From positions 1 through 56,405 of IMG/VR virus record IMGVR_UViG_3300017751_000019: a stretch of DNA of 56,405 bases, one strand, 5' to 3'. The position numbers and the translations under genes were made by a program. This DNA comes from a virus. Lineage: Duplodnaviria > Caudoviricetes. The notes below the pieces were generated by a model, which saw only the letters and a list, made by a program, of their open reading frames with translations, did not search any database and was not told where the DNA came from. Shown in pieces: positions 1-9,598 of the stretch; position 1 is the stretch's first letter, and each line of letters begins with the position of its first letter.

Positions 1-99
1 GACAAGGATTCTCTTGCTGACTCCTGCTACGGAGTAAGTGACGATGTACTCATTGGTATCTGAGTCATATCCCACGATGTCATAATTAATCGTGCTCAT
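1..99 (-). CDS. Hypothetical protein, 3'-truncated at window edge; homolog of 55849..56115
   Basis: ATG at 97-99 overlaps the upstream stop (ATGA). Translation [33 protein letters not shown] aligns with MSSISYRIAAYDADTMEYLVTYPVAGTTKKILV. Confidence 0.8.
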   Translation of the reverse strand, partial: MSTINYDIVGYDSDTNEYIVTYSVAGVSKRILV

Positions 100-389
100 T
101 TTCTTTCCCACATAGTTTCTCGATACAGGCTTGGCTGAGACGATCTTCGCTCTCGGGTGAGATTAAGGGTCTCGATCTCTTTGCTATTCATAGCACGTAT
201 CTCTGGTTTCTTGTTCATGCCTCGTTTAAAAGGTATGGCTTGGGCAATAGGATAGCCGCGAGGCAATCTTATGGTCGTCCCTTTTTGTTTTAGGAATGAG
301 GGGAAGTTTACAAACTCAAAATACTTGTCTGTCTCAACGATGCCGCTCATGCACTCGATGATGTTGTTCTCACGGTTGAGAGGGGGGAC
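1..389. repeat. Diverged direct repeat of 56017..56405
   Basis: Same offset (56016) at both ends of the repeat. Hand alignment: 40/60 identical over the first 60 nt, 74/79 over the last 79 nt. Confidence 0.9.
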
Positions 390-800
390 AAAAAGTGTTG
401 ACCATCCGGGAGGGGTTTTCAGGTGCCAGTAGTTTAGGAACTTGAGGGGTGGGGACGGCAATCCGTGATGCCCTTTGATTTGAAAGTTTTCATGCGGCTC
501 GATCACACCACGAGTAAAATCTGTCCTCCAGTCCACGCCGCTGCCGTCCTCGTTGACTACGATTTCTATTTCGGCAGGCGTAACCATGAGGTAGCCTGAG
601 ACCATCGCGTCAAGAAAGGGTGGACATCTTTTAATGGTTCGGTAGGGCCAGACTTCGGAGTCGTCTTTGTCCTCGTGCTGGAAGTTTTTTAGCTTCTTGA
701 ACCAGTCGGGTATATGGGATCGAGCAGGCTTTGGTTCAGGGATAATTCCGTAAAGCTCGGGTTCAGTTGTAAAGGTTACTTTAGATTTACTTAATATCAT
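96..800 (-). CDS. Conserved phage protein, DUF6065-like
   Basis: 234 aa with [41 protein letters not shown] and GIVETD motifs; overlaps flanking genes by 4 nt. Confidence 0.55.
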   Translation of the reverse strand: MILSKSKVTFTTEPELYGIIPEPKPARSHIPDWFKKLKNFQHEDKDDSEVWPYRTIKRCPPFLDAMVSGYLMVTPAEIEIVVNEDGSGVDWRTDFTRGVIEPHENFQIKGHHGLPSPPLKFLNYWHLKTPPGWSTLFVPPLNRENNIIECMSGIVETDKYFEFVNFPSFLKQKGTTIRLPRGYPIAQAIPFKRGMNKKPEIRAMNSKEIETLNLTRERRSSQPSLYRETMWERK

Positions 801-2569
801 TGTCTCTCGAACGTAATGGTAACAGTGCCTGATGACACAGTGACTGGGATAGCCTGCTGTGCCTGAGTCACTGTTATACTTTGGTTCGAGTAGCTTGTCG
901 TCCCGCCCGCGTTACCGGATCCGCCTGCGTTTCCTGCCTTTCCTGACCAGTTGCTTGGTGCGGCATTGCCGGGGTTTCCTGAACCTCCACCAGTGCCTGC
1001 GCTGCCTGCGTTTCCGTTAGCCCCAGAGTTTCCGGCATTCCCGTTAGTTGCGCCATTTCCGTTGTTGCCGGGGTTTCCGTTTGATCCAGCGTTACCGGGA
1101 TTTCCTGATCCACCGCCGTTTGCGCCGTTACCGTTGTTGCCGTAAGAGCCTACGTTGCCAGAAGCACCTGAGTTGCCAGAGTTGCCCGGGTTTCCATTGT
1201 TGCCTCTTCCTCCTCGACCACCGCCTGCTACGTTGTTCAAGCCTCCAGTCCCACCATTACCATAGTTGTAGGCGTTGGAGTTGCCGTCAGGACTTCCTGT
1301 AGCACCTACACCAACATTATTGTTTGTGGCGGGGAATCTCCCTCCACCTTGGCCTCCGCCGCCTCTCGCGCCACCGTTCCCTCGATTTCCTCTGGCTCCG
1401 TTGTTGCCCGCGTTTCCTGATGATCCGGGATTGCCGGGATTTCCTGCGTTTCCTCGTGCGCCACCGTTTCCGCGAACACCATTGTTTCCAGAGTTGCCCG
1501 GGTTTCCAGCGTTGCCTGCACTTCCTCCATTGCCGCGAACACCGTTGTTTCCGGGGTTTCCGGAGTTTCCGGGATTGCCCGGAGTTCCGCCGTTGCCGCC
1601 GGTGCCACTTGGCCCTGCCGCACCAGCATTACCTCTTGCGCCAGCGCTTCCTGCTGCTCCGCCTGCGAAGTTTGCGTAGTTGCCGAAGGTTGTTGCCGCG
1701 CCTGCATTACCGTTGCTTCCGGGATTTCCATTGGAGCCTGCGTTACCTGTAGAGCCGGGATTGCCTGCACTACCATTATTGCCTGCGTTTCCTGCTGTGC
1801 CGCTGTTGGCTCCGTTGCCGTTACTGCCTACGTTGCCAGAGTTGCCATTGTTACCTGAGTTGCCTGATGTAGCGCCGTTACCATTGGAGCCTACGTTTCC
1901 GGGGTTGCCGTTAGCTCCTGCTCCACCGGGGTTTCCGTTGTTTCCGAATCCGCGTCCATTGCCGTTGTTGCCATAGTTTCCAACTGGGCCGTTATTACCC
2001 GCGTTTCCCGGGGTTCCAGAGAGGCCAGCGCCACCGCCAGCGCCGCCATTGCCCCGGTAAGGGCCGCCTGCGGCGTTGCCGGGATTGCCCGGGGAGGCGT
2101 TCTTAAAGAAGACTGACCAGCCGCCACCACCACCTCCGCCGGGGCCGCCAGCCACGCCGGGGTTTCCGGGGTTGCCAGCATTGCCTGCGCCTCCGCCGTT
2201 GCCTCGGTTTCCTCGCGCACCATTGCTTCCGGAATTTCCTGAGTTGCCGGGGTTTCCTGAGTTTCCTGCTGAGCCACCGTTACCACGGACGCCATTATTC
2301 CCCGCGTTTCCGGGGTTGCCCGCGTTTCCTGCATTGCCTCTCGCTCCGGCATTTCCCGCGACACCCGGATTTCCCGGATTGCCAGCAGTGCCTTGATTGC
2401 CGGGATTGCCTGAGTTACCGGGATTCCCTGAATTACCGGACGAGCCTTTAGCCTGCACCGTTACCTTTGAGATTCCGGGCGGTAGATTAAAAGTACCCGA
2501 GGACGAGAGTGTTACCGTCCCCCCGGGAAATAGTGGGTCTGCTTTGAGAGCGGTTCCAAGGAAAGGCAT
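797..2569 (-). CDS. Gly-Asn-X repeat fibre/adhesin with glycine-rich-domain-like beta elements
   Basis: 590 aa, mostly [12 protein letters not shown] triplets; non-repeat segments [48 protein letters not shown]; lies downstream of the tail fibre gene. Confidence 0.75.
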   Translation of the reverse strand: MPFLGTALKADPLFPGGTVTLSSSGTFNLPPGISKVTVQAKGSSGNSGNPGNSGNPGNQGTAGNPGNPGVAGNAGARGNAGNAGNPGNAGNNGVRGNGGSAGNSGNPGNSGNSGSNGARGNRGNGGGAGNAGNPGNPGVAGGPGGGGGGGWSVFFKNASPGNPGNAAGGPYRGNGGAGGGAGLSGTPGNAGNNGPVGNYGNNGNGRGFGNNGNPGGAGANGNPGNVGSNGNGATSGNSGNNGNSGNVGSNGNGANSGTAGNAGNNGSAGNPGSTGNAGSNGNPGSNGNAGAATTFGNYANFAGGAAGSAGARGNAGAAGPSGTGGNGGTPGNPGNSGNPGNNGVRGNGGSAGNAGNPGNSGNNGVRGNGGARGNAGNPGNPGSSGNAGNNGARGNRGNGGARGGGGQGGGRFPATNNNVGVGATGSPDGNSNAYNYGNGGTGGLNNVAGGGRGGRGNNGNPGNSGNSGASGNVGSYGNNGNGANGGGSGNPGNAGSNGNPGNNGNGATNGNAGNSGANGNAGSAGTGGGSGNPGNAAPSNWSGKAGNAGGSGNAGGTTSYSNQSITVTQAQQAIPVTVSSGTVTITFERQ

Positions 2570-2902
2570 TTAGGACACCTTGATAGCTAGTTCGATAAAG
2601 TCGCTAGGTAAGTCTGATGCCTGAACTGCGTAATTTTGTTTGCGATAGCTGTCAGAGCCATCATCTGCTTCCCAGATAACAATGTCGTAAATAATTAGAG
2701 GTGTTTCAGAGAAGATAACTGGCTCTTCGTCTTCATCTCTAAACCATGTAGATAAGGCGGCTAGGCTTTCTGTTGGATCTTCATACTGTAAGTCAGTGAA
2801 CTGAATCGCTCGAGTATCTAGCCATGCACGCATCTGAGATGTCGCTAACTGCCCGACTTTTCCGTAGAGATGAATATTGTCATAGCGAACAGGAGTGGTC
2901 AT
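2570..2902 (-). CDS. Hypothetical protein, possible Cys-less glutaredoxin-like fold
   Basis: IHLYGKVGQLATSQMRAWLDTRAIQFTDL...ETPLII resembles NrdH/Grx spacing but has no CxxC. Confidence 0.45.
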   Translation of the reverse strand: MTTPVRYDNIHLYGKVGQLATSQMRAWLDTRAIQFTDLQYEDPTESLAALSTWFRDEDEEPVIFSETPLIIYDIVIWEADDGSDSYRKQNYAVQASDLPSDFIELAIKVS

Positions 2903-2904
2903 TG

Positions 2905-4926
2905 TTAAGCCTCATAGAATGACAGTGAAACATAAATTGTTGTGGAGCCCTTCACCATCAGCGCAGTGTAAATAGTTTCCTTGTTAGCGGAGGTATTTAC
3001 TGCTGGCTGTGTGGACGAACTGTTGTACTTGATTGAGTAGCCAGAGGGGGCGGCGAAGGTAAATGTTCTTCCGCCTGTGCCGTCTTGTTTAACGAAGATG
3101 GTTATTGTTCTCGCTGAACCAGCAGGGAGTTCGTCAGTGTCAGGCAAAGTGACTGTTGTGTCTCCAACCAAGGTGTATCGCACATTGTTGGTTGCGTCAG
3201 GAATTGTTTGAGCGCCTGTGACGCTAGTGTTTGTTGCGATGGTTTCTTGGAAATTCTCTAGGGTGACATCAGTGACTTTGTTGTTATCGAAGTCAATGTC
3301 ACCCGTCATGGTGCCGCCAGCAAGCGGCAACTTGGCGGCGATAGCATTGTTAGTTGTCGTTGCGAAGTTGGAGTCATCGCCTAGCGCAGCGGCCAACTCG
3401 TTTAGAGTGTCCAGAGCAGCGGGTGCGCTGTCCACGACATTTGCTACAGCCGTGTCCACGTATGTTTTGTTTGCGGCATGTCCGTTTGCTGTTGGGTTTG
3501 GAACTGTTATCGCAGTGGTTGTGGACGCGCCAATGTCAGCAATGGTCTGAAGGTTTAGTGTGGTCGGCACAAACGAGGACGAGCCAGTGTTGTAGACAAG
3601 GCCTTGGTTTGCTGTCGGAGTGGTTGCTGCGACATTGGATAGGTCGCCAATCGCTACGTTAGCGAAACCAGCGGAGCTTACAAACGATGATCCGTTGTAA
3701 ACCTTCATTGCATTTACAGATGTGTCGTACCAAAGGTCGCCTGTTGTGACACCACTAGGGGCTGACGCACTAATAAAGTAGGTCGTGGCAAAGGTGTTCA
3801 CATTGGTAATGTTGGTTGCGACCGTGTTCACGTTTGAGATTGAGCCCGCAACTGTGGTTACGTTGCTGTTGTTTCCTGATACAGCAGACACGTCACTGGA
3901 TATACCAGCAACTGTTGTTACGTTGGAACTGATTCCTGCAACTGTGTTTATGTTTGCATTGTTGCCTGCAACTGTTGTGATGTTGCTGTCGATGCCTGCA
4001 ACCGTGTTTACGTTTGCAATAGAGCCTGCGACAGCTCCGATTGTGTCGGTGCCTGTAAGGTTTGTTGCGACAGTACCAATGTCTGTTGCGTCTCCTGCTA
4101 CTGCTGTTACGTTGGCTGAGATTCCTGCGACAGTGTTTACGTTGGCGATGTTTGTTGAAACTGTGCCGATGTCTGAGGCATCGCCTGCGACAGCCGTTAC
4201 GTCTGATGCAATGCCAGCAACTGAGGTTACGTTTGCGGAGATTCCGCCAACAGTGTTTACGTTAGCGATGTTGGTTGCAACGGTGTTGATGTTTGATATG
4301 CCGGTAGCAACGGTTGTGACGTTGGCGCTGGTTGCCCAGTATTTCGCTGAGTAGTTTGTGCCGTCCACAGTACCACTGGTTTTGATTGCCCACTCAGAGG
4401 CGGCTCCCTTGCCAGCGGTATCAGTGATTCCTGTGCCGCCTATGGCCCATGCCTTTGCTGAGTAATCTGATCCTGATACAGCGCCATCAACTTTGTTTGC
4501 GTAGTTCTTTACGAGAGTGCCATCAATAATCTTCAGGAACTTGCTTGCATCTGGTGTTGCATTAGAGGATGTGTGGGCAACCGTACAGAGGAATGTGTCT
4601 TGGTCTTTGGTTGCAATGTCGAGAACTTTGTATGCGGTTGATGTGGCATAGGTGCCGCGTGCATTAAAGATTTCGATGCCAGAGTCAACATAGCTGTTTG
4701 CTGTTCCCACTCGGACTTGTAACTTGTTGTTGTCTGTCGTGAGCACCCTTACAGAAAAGATCGTCGGGTCAAAGATGCCTGTCGATGCGTTAAAGATGTC
4801 GCCAAGCATTTGAGCGATAGTGCGGTCGCCTAGCTCGGCATTCTCCATATAGGTGTCGAGGATGTGCTCGCCAGTCTTTGCGGAGACGAATCTTAGTTGC
4901 TCACTTGTTGGGCGTGTAATAGCCAT
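2905..4926 (-). CDS. Tail fibre protein
   Basis: 673 aa; YSAK.WA motifs, many ~14-aa NVNTVAGISSNVTT repeats, GDLWYDTS module, APAALDTLNELAAALGDDSNFATT fibre motif, C-terminal VKQDGTGGRT beta domain. Confidence 0.85.
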   Translation of the reverse strand: MAITRPTSEQLRFVSAKTGEHILDTYMENAELGDRTIAQMLGDIFNASTGIFDPTIFSVRVLTTDNNKLQVRVGTANSYVDSGIEIFNARGTYATSTAYKVLDIATKDQDTFLCTVAHTSSNATPDASKFLKIIDGTLVKNYANKVDGAVSGSDYSAKAWAIGGTGITDTAGKGAASEWAIKTSGTVDGTNYSAKYWATSANVTTVATGISNINTVATNIANVNTVGGISANVTSVAGIASDVTAVAGDASDIGTVSTNIANVNTVAGISANVTAVAGDATDIGTVATNLTGTDTIGAVAGSIANVNTVAGIDSNITTVAGNNANINTVAGISSNVTTVAGISSDVSAVSGNNSNVTTVAGSISNVNTVATNITNVNTFATTYFISASAPSGVTTGDLWYDTSVNAMKVYNGSSFVSSAGFANVAIGDLSNVAATTPTANQGLVYNTGSSSFVPTTLNLQTIADIGASTTTAITVPNPTANGHAANKTYVDTAVANVVDSAPAALDTLNELAAALGDDSNFATTTNNAIAAKLPLAGGTMTGDIDFDNNKVTDVTLENFQETIATNTSVTGAQTIPDATNNVRYTLVGDTTVTLPDTDELPAGSARTITIFVKQDGTGGRTFTFAAPSGYSIKYNSSSTQPAVNTSANKETIYTALMVKGSTTIYVSLSFYEA

Positions 4927-5129
4927 TAGATGTTCACCTTGAGGTTAGCCACTTCGATTTCGAGGTCGCGGACTTGCTTCTGTAGCTTCACGATTGTCTT
5001 GGCGTTGGTTGCGCCCCAATCAGTAGTGTTGAGATCGACCTGATTAAAGACGGCGTGGACATAGTTCACGATGTCAGTATCTAGATCGGGCTCCATTGCT
5101 GCTGCGAGTGCGTTTATCGTGTTAGCCAT
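4926..5129 (-). CDS. Small hypothetical protein with C-terminal coiled coil
   Basis: 67 aa, overlaps portal end and fibre start. Confidence 0.7.
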   Translation of the reverse strand: MANTINALAAAMEPDLDTDIVNYVHAVFNQVDLNTTDWGATNAKTIVKLQKQVRDLEIEVANLKVNI

Positions 5130-7053
5130 TTTGCATCCTCTGTTTCTCGCTCATCGGAATAAGGTTTCCTTTCTGAGCTTCACGTTCGATTTGTTCCTGC
5201 GGCGCAACACTTGCTCCACGCATTTTCTCCATAAGGGCGATTTGCTGACTAGGTGAGTTACCCTGTTGCTTCTCTTCCTCGGAGATGCGGAACTGGTCTA
5301 GGTCTGAAATGCCAAGTGCGCGGATTGCTTCTTCTGCAATCTTGCCCATCTTGTATTCCATGTTGAGGCCAGTCTGGGACATGATCTGTAGCATGTTCAT
5401 CCACGTCTCAGCGTTTCGTGTTGGCTCCACGGGTAGCGTGCCATCGATAACGAGATAGTCGATCTTGCCTTGCAGGTCTTTAGCGCCATAGTCGATGTAG
5501 CCATCCTGAACCAAGTCAGCTAACTGACCGGGCATCTTGTCTTCATCGATCTTGATGGAGCCGTTAATTTCTAGTGCGTCCTGAATGTTCGAGGTCATCA
5601 TGCGAACCATTGGACGGATTGTCGTAGCCGAGATGACGCGACTTAAAACGCCAAGGCGCTGAGAGCCGAGCTGAGTCAGACGTTGGATTTCTGTTGCGGT
5701 TCTAACGTCTGGTGTCGGCATACCTTGTTGTGCATCGGATGCGCTGGACACTCGGTTCTTGAGTTCGGACATCGCTTGGATGTCGTTCCAGTGTCCACGG
5801 GTAACGTCAGGGACTTGAGCAATATAGACACCATCACCGGGTTTAGCTCCCGGCATGGTTCTCACAACACCCCAAGGGTTTCGGTCAATGAGGTCTGGCA
5901 CCATCACCTGTGTTGGATCAACAAAGATTAGGTTATTGAGCGCAGCCTGAACATTATCGATACGGCTTCGTAACAGCCACGTAGCAATGTCGTGCATGGG
6001 CAACATAAGATCATAGAGTGATTGTCCCCATGTTTTGTGTGTGTCGTTATAGAGGCCACCCATCACCATCGGGAACTGCTGACCGTATGGGTTTAGCTGC
6101 ATACGGATACAGACGTGCTCGTCTAGGATCGTGATGACCATCCAAATTTGTTCGATGGACGGAATGCCAATCTCATGTCCTGAGAATCGCACCCAACATT
6201 CGTCAGTGACGCGAGCGTCTCCCAGTGTGAAGTATGCGTGGTCTGCCATGCCTCCACTGTTCGGAGCGGCAGGATCAATATTAAGTCCACGGCCTTCTTC
6301 TTTGTGCCAGCGGTGGGCTTGCCAACCTGACTTCGCCGAACCTGTTCTGTGGCGTAGCTCGGGGTGATCCTTTAGCTTGGGGTATAGGCCAGTGTTGACT
6401 AGCGAGTTATATGACTGGTAGTCGGTGAACACGCAGAACTGCCACTGCTCCCATTCGCCCCAGCTTACTCTTGGGTCTGGGAAGCATCGGCGTGGATCAA
6501 TGTTGACGATACGGTTCTGGTTGTCATTGGCATCCCACACAATTTTGGTGGGGGCGAATCCGTAACGGATGCTATCGAGAAGCATCTGCGCCATTCTCGC
6601 TTCACCAGCAGTGCGTCGCATCTGTGAGTGCAGTACTCGCTCAAGAATCGATGCAGTCTTTCGGCTGTTGCGATCCAATCCCTCGAGCTGGAACATGGGG
6701 TTACGTCCACCCAGTGCGGCCATCAAGTAGGTGAGGACTGTGTCAGCAACAGCTCGCGTGTCTGCGACTACTGCCTTCTCGCGGAACTGAGTGGCATCTG
6801 GCGGAACCCAAACATCGTGCGCTCGATCAGCTTCTGTCCAGTGATCGTAGCGTTTCTTGATTTTGTTGTAGGACATGTCCACGCATGATTTAACGTAGTC
6901 AACAATGCGTCGCTCCTCATCTTCTTTGAGGTCACCGGATATGTCTTCGTATGCAACTATTTTGTTGGCGAGCCTAGAGAGATCAACCACTTGTCCATTG
7001 GTCGATGAGCCTGCGTAGTCCGCACCATAGTAGGTTCTTTTTTTGTCTGCCAT
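5122..7053 (-). CDS. Portal protein (podovirus type)
   Basis: 643 aa directly after terL; LLDSIRYGFAPTKIVWD, SRIDNVQAALN, RTATEIQRL motifs. Confidence 0.85.
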   Translation of the reverse strand: MADKKRTYYGADYAGSSTNGQVVDLSRLANKIVAYEDISGDLKEDEERRIVDYVKSCVDMSYNKIKKRYDHWTEADRAHDVWVPPDATQFREKAVVADTRAVADTVLTYLMAALGGRNPMFQLEGLDRNSRKTASILERVLHSQMRRTAGEARMAQMLLDSIRYGFAPTKIVWDANDNQNRIVNIDPRRCFPDPRVSWGEWEQWQFCVFTDYQSYNSLVNTGLYPKLKDHPELRHRTGSAKSGWQAHRWHKEEGRGLNIDPAAPNSGGMADHAYFTLGDARVTDECWVRFSGHEIGIPSIEQIWMVITILDEHVCIRMQLNPYGQQFPMVMGGLYNDTHKTWGQSLYDLMLPMHDIATWLLRSRIDNVQAALNNLIFVDPTQVMVPDLIDRNPWGVVRTMPGAKPGDGVYIAQVPDVTRGHWNDIQAMSELKNRVSSASDAQQGMPTPDVRTATEIQRLTQLGSQRLGVLSRVISATTIRPMVRMMTSNIQDALEINGSIKIDEDKMPGQLADLVQDGYIDYGAKDLQGKIDYLVIDGTLPVEPTRNAETWMNMLQIMSQTGLNMEYKMGKIAEEAIRALGISDLDQFRISEEEKQQGNSPSQQIALMEKMRGASVAPQEQIEREAQKGNLIPMSEKQRMQNG

Positions 7054-7060
7054 GCCGTGT

Positions 7061-7091
7061 AATTTGCCTTATAAAGTGTATGTGGTCGTCC
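7061..7091 (-). promoter_or_regulatory. Late promoter motif upstream of portal
   Basis: GGACGAC-N18-CAAATT; the ATG follows 7 nt later and has no SD. Confidence 0.7.
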
Positions 7092-7102
7092 CTGTGTCAG
7101 CG

Positions 7103-8728
7103 TTACTCGCCCCATCCTTTAAACATTTGCGTTCCGAATTGCGCGGACAAGGAATCCCTATTTCTCTGTGCTTCTTGATTGAGGGAGTTGCTCGCATTGA
7201 GAGAGCCGAACATGGCTTCCGGGGTAATTGTTTGGCGGGACAGGATGTCCACAGCCATAGACAGTGCATCGACTTGGTCATCGTGGCGACCTGCCGGGAA
7301 AGCTGTGCATTCTTCCACGAAATCGTCCAGCCACTTTGCTTTCTCGGGCAAGTGGACGCGACCACCTTGGATTAGGGGCGTGATTCCGTTGACTCGGCTG
7401 ACTTTGTCGTTGACTACCTTGTAGGGGACGACTGCCATGCCGGATTCTCGGCGTAAGTCTTGGATAATGGACTGGCCAGACGCCTTATCTTCCACATATA
7501 GGGCGCGGAGTCCCTTTCCTCGCCAAGATGCGTTGATGTTGATGAGCTTTTGGCGAAGGTCTGGGTATTCCCATCGTCCACGGTGGACTTCAACGATGTA
7601 TATGTCCCCGTCTTGGGTAAGACCAGCGACTATGGCGACCGAATAGTCCGATGTTTCCGTCTTTTTGAAGGCCGTATCTGCCGCAATGATGATTGTTTGG
7701 AAGTTATTGGGGTGCAAATCCTCTGGATAGTAGCTCCACCACTCTGATTTGAGGATGTTTCCGCCCTCAATGTAGGGTCTTTGCTGGTATAGAGAGGCAA
7801 AGTCGCGTGGGTTTAGGCGTTCTCGGCGTCTAAGTTCCTCGACAGGGAAGCGTTCTGGCCATAAGGCAACGTCTTCTTCCTCTTGGATGTAGCGTTTTGT
7901 CTTGGACAGGTTGCTTAGCTCGTTGGCTTCCACATACATAGGGTGTTCTGGCGGTAAGTGTCTTCGGGAAATCTTTTTTCCGCCTACCTTTCTTATGGCT
8001 GGATAGTCGAGGTGCATCCACATGCCTTCCTTCCAATCCTCTGTGCGCATAAGACGGCCTGCCAAGTCGTCTGGATGCCAGCGGGTGAGGATAACTATCT
8101 GGCTGGGTAACTGGCCTTTTGCGTCTGGCTGTAGTCGAGTGGAGAGGGCGGCTGTGTAGAAGTCCCAGATTTTGTTTCGCTGGGTTGCGGACTCTGCGTC
8201 CTCTCGAGATTTGGTTGGGTCATCCACTATAAGGAGGTTAGCGGGTCGGCCTGTTGTTGTACCGCCGATGCCTACGCCGAAGTAGGCTCCGCCCATCTCT
8301 GTTCTCCAGACGTCGGCTGCTCGACTGTCTGAGGACATGCGGAAGTCTGGGAATGCTTGCTGAACTTCCACGCCACTGGCTCTGTCACGCACTTGTCTAC
8401 CGAAGTCACTGGCCAGCATTGCGTTGTATGAGCAGGACAGGATGTAGCGGCTTGGGTTGCGTGCCATGTAATAGGCAGGAAAGAGGACGGTGGAGAATGT
8501 GGACTTGGCATGACGAGGTGGCATCGTGACAAGAATGTTTCTGGCGGGGCGTCCTTCTTCGTCTTCAAGGATTCCTTTCTCGAGGGCGTCGAGCTTGTTG
8601 ATTAAGTCTATCTGGAAGTCGGCGAGGTCGAAGGTGGGCTCGGCTACCTTAACGAATCCAAGGAATGATTTCTCTGCATCCTTGAGCTTGAGGAGGTGCT
8701 TGGCCGCTGCCGCACGAGATACGCTCAT
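7103..8728 (-). CDS. terL: Terminase large subunit
   Basis: MPPRHAKS (Walker A variant), TGRPANLLIVDDP (Walker B), ILTRWHPDDL, YQQRP, ADTAFK..SDYS, FPAGRHDDQVDA nuclease motifs. Confidence 0.95.
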   Translation of the reverse strand: MSVSRAAAAKHLLKLKDAEKSFLGFVKVAEPTFDLADFQIDLINKLDALEKGILEDEEGRPARNILVTMPPRHAKSTFSTVLFPAYYMARNPSRYILSCSYNAMLASDFGRQVRDRASGVEVQQAFPDFRMSSDSRAADVWRTEMGGAYFGVGIGGTTTGRPANLLIVDDPTKSREDAESATQRNKIWDFYTAALSTRLQPDAKGQLPSQIVILTRWHPDDLAGRLMRTEDWKEGMWMHLDYPAIRKVGGKKISRRHLPPEHPMYVEANELSNLSKTKRYIQEEEDVALWPERFPVEELRRRERLNPRDFASLYQQRPYIEGGNILKSEWWSYYPEDLHPNNFQTIIIAADTAFKKTETSDYSVAIVAGLTQDGDIYIVEVHRGRWEYPDLRQKLININASWRGKGLRALYVEDKASGQSIIQDLRRESGMAVVPYKVVNDKVSRVNGITPLIQGGRVHLPEKAKWLDDFVEECTAFPAGRHDDQVDALSMAVDILSRQTITPEAMFGSLNASNSLNQEAQRNRDSLSAQFGTQMFKGWGE

Positions 8729-8964
8729 ACAATGATTCCGGTTTTCTTTGTGAACTGGGCATCGGTTATTTTTTGAGCTAGGCGTCTGTCGTGGATGTTG
8801 TCAGCCATGATTCTCATGAAGTGATCCATCACGGCAGACTGATGTCTGTGCGGGGGAACCTCAGAGAGGTTGAGCTGGGACATGGCATTGCCAAGCTCAC
8901 TCATTGTCATGGATGATGCTGCCGCATCTTTCTGGATGTTCTTGACCATTCCTTTATTGCTCAT
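8725..8964 (-). CDS. Hypothetical protein
   Basis: 79 aa overlapping both neighbours, with GAGG SD. Confidence 0.7.
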   Translation of the reverse strand: MSNKGMVKNIQKDAAASSMTMSELGNAMSQLNLSEVPPHRHQSAVMDHFMRIMADNIHDRRLAQKITDAQFTKKTGIIV

Positions 8965-9307
8965 CGATTACTTCCTCTTTGGTTTCTTCTTCGGTTTCAG
9001 CGATGCCATCGACACCGCTGGCTATTCTTTCAAGTTCCTCTCGGGACATTTCAGTGAGGTTTTTTACTGAATGTTCGTGCTGGTGATAGGAAGCTGAGAG
9101 GTCAGGAATGACCTTATTAAGGAGGCTAGAAAAGACCCTTGCTTGGGTGGGCGTCCACTCTATATGGCCCTTAACGACCTCGTCAGCCAGCGTGAGATGC
9201 GTCTGCATCTTGCTTGCTATCTGTCCTCGTAGGTTCGCTACCTGATGGGGTGATAAAGCGACTTGGCCAGTGGCCGTTTTGACTGATATTCGGGTAGTTC
9301 TACTCAT
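8954..9307 (-). CDS. Putative terminase small subunit
   Basis: Upstream of terL; helical, with LLNKVIPDL and LTEMSREELERI C-terminus of the kind seen in TerS proteins. Confidence 0.55.
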   Translation of the reverse strand: MSRTTRISVKTATGQVALSPHQVANLRGQIASKMQTHLTLADEVVKGHIEWTPTQARVFSSLLNKVIPDLSASYHQHEHSVKNLTEMSREELERIASGVDGIAETEEETKEEVIDEQ

Positions 9308-9566
9308 ATATAGCTCCAGACGTTTTCATTTTTGCTCGCGAGTCGAGACCCCCCGGTGACGTTGACGCGCACCACCGTGGGAGGCGGGGCCGGGATAGCC
9401 CCCCGGGGGGGTATATGGGCGCAGATTGGGTCGTGGCAGGGCTGAAACCCGCGCCGTTGCTGGGATTTCTCTCCCCTGAGAGGGGATTTTCTTGCGTGGG
9501 CGTTTCGCAGGCGCTGGAAAGGCACGCGAACGATGGGGTCTGGGGAGATTTTGTAACCATTTCAGC

Positions 9567-9598
9567 ACATTACCCGTGCGTGCGTGGGTGTGTCGTCC
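9567..9598 (-). promoter_or_regulatory. Late promoter motif upstream of the terS-terL operon
   Basis: GGACGAC-N19-TAATGT. Confidence 0.65.

Noticed and set aside
1-389. Exact direct terminal repeat, or a DGR template/variable pair
   Set aside because: The copies differ at all base types rather than only adenines, both are coding, and I saw no reverse transcriptase.
874-2396. Pro-rich and ETPET-rich ORFs in other frames
   Set aside because: Shadows of the Gly-Asn-X codon repeats; they lie wholly within a well-supported gene.
797-2569. CRISPR array or non-coding tandem repeat
   Set aside because: The repeats are 9-nt codon periodicity with synonymous variation and no repeat-spacer structure.
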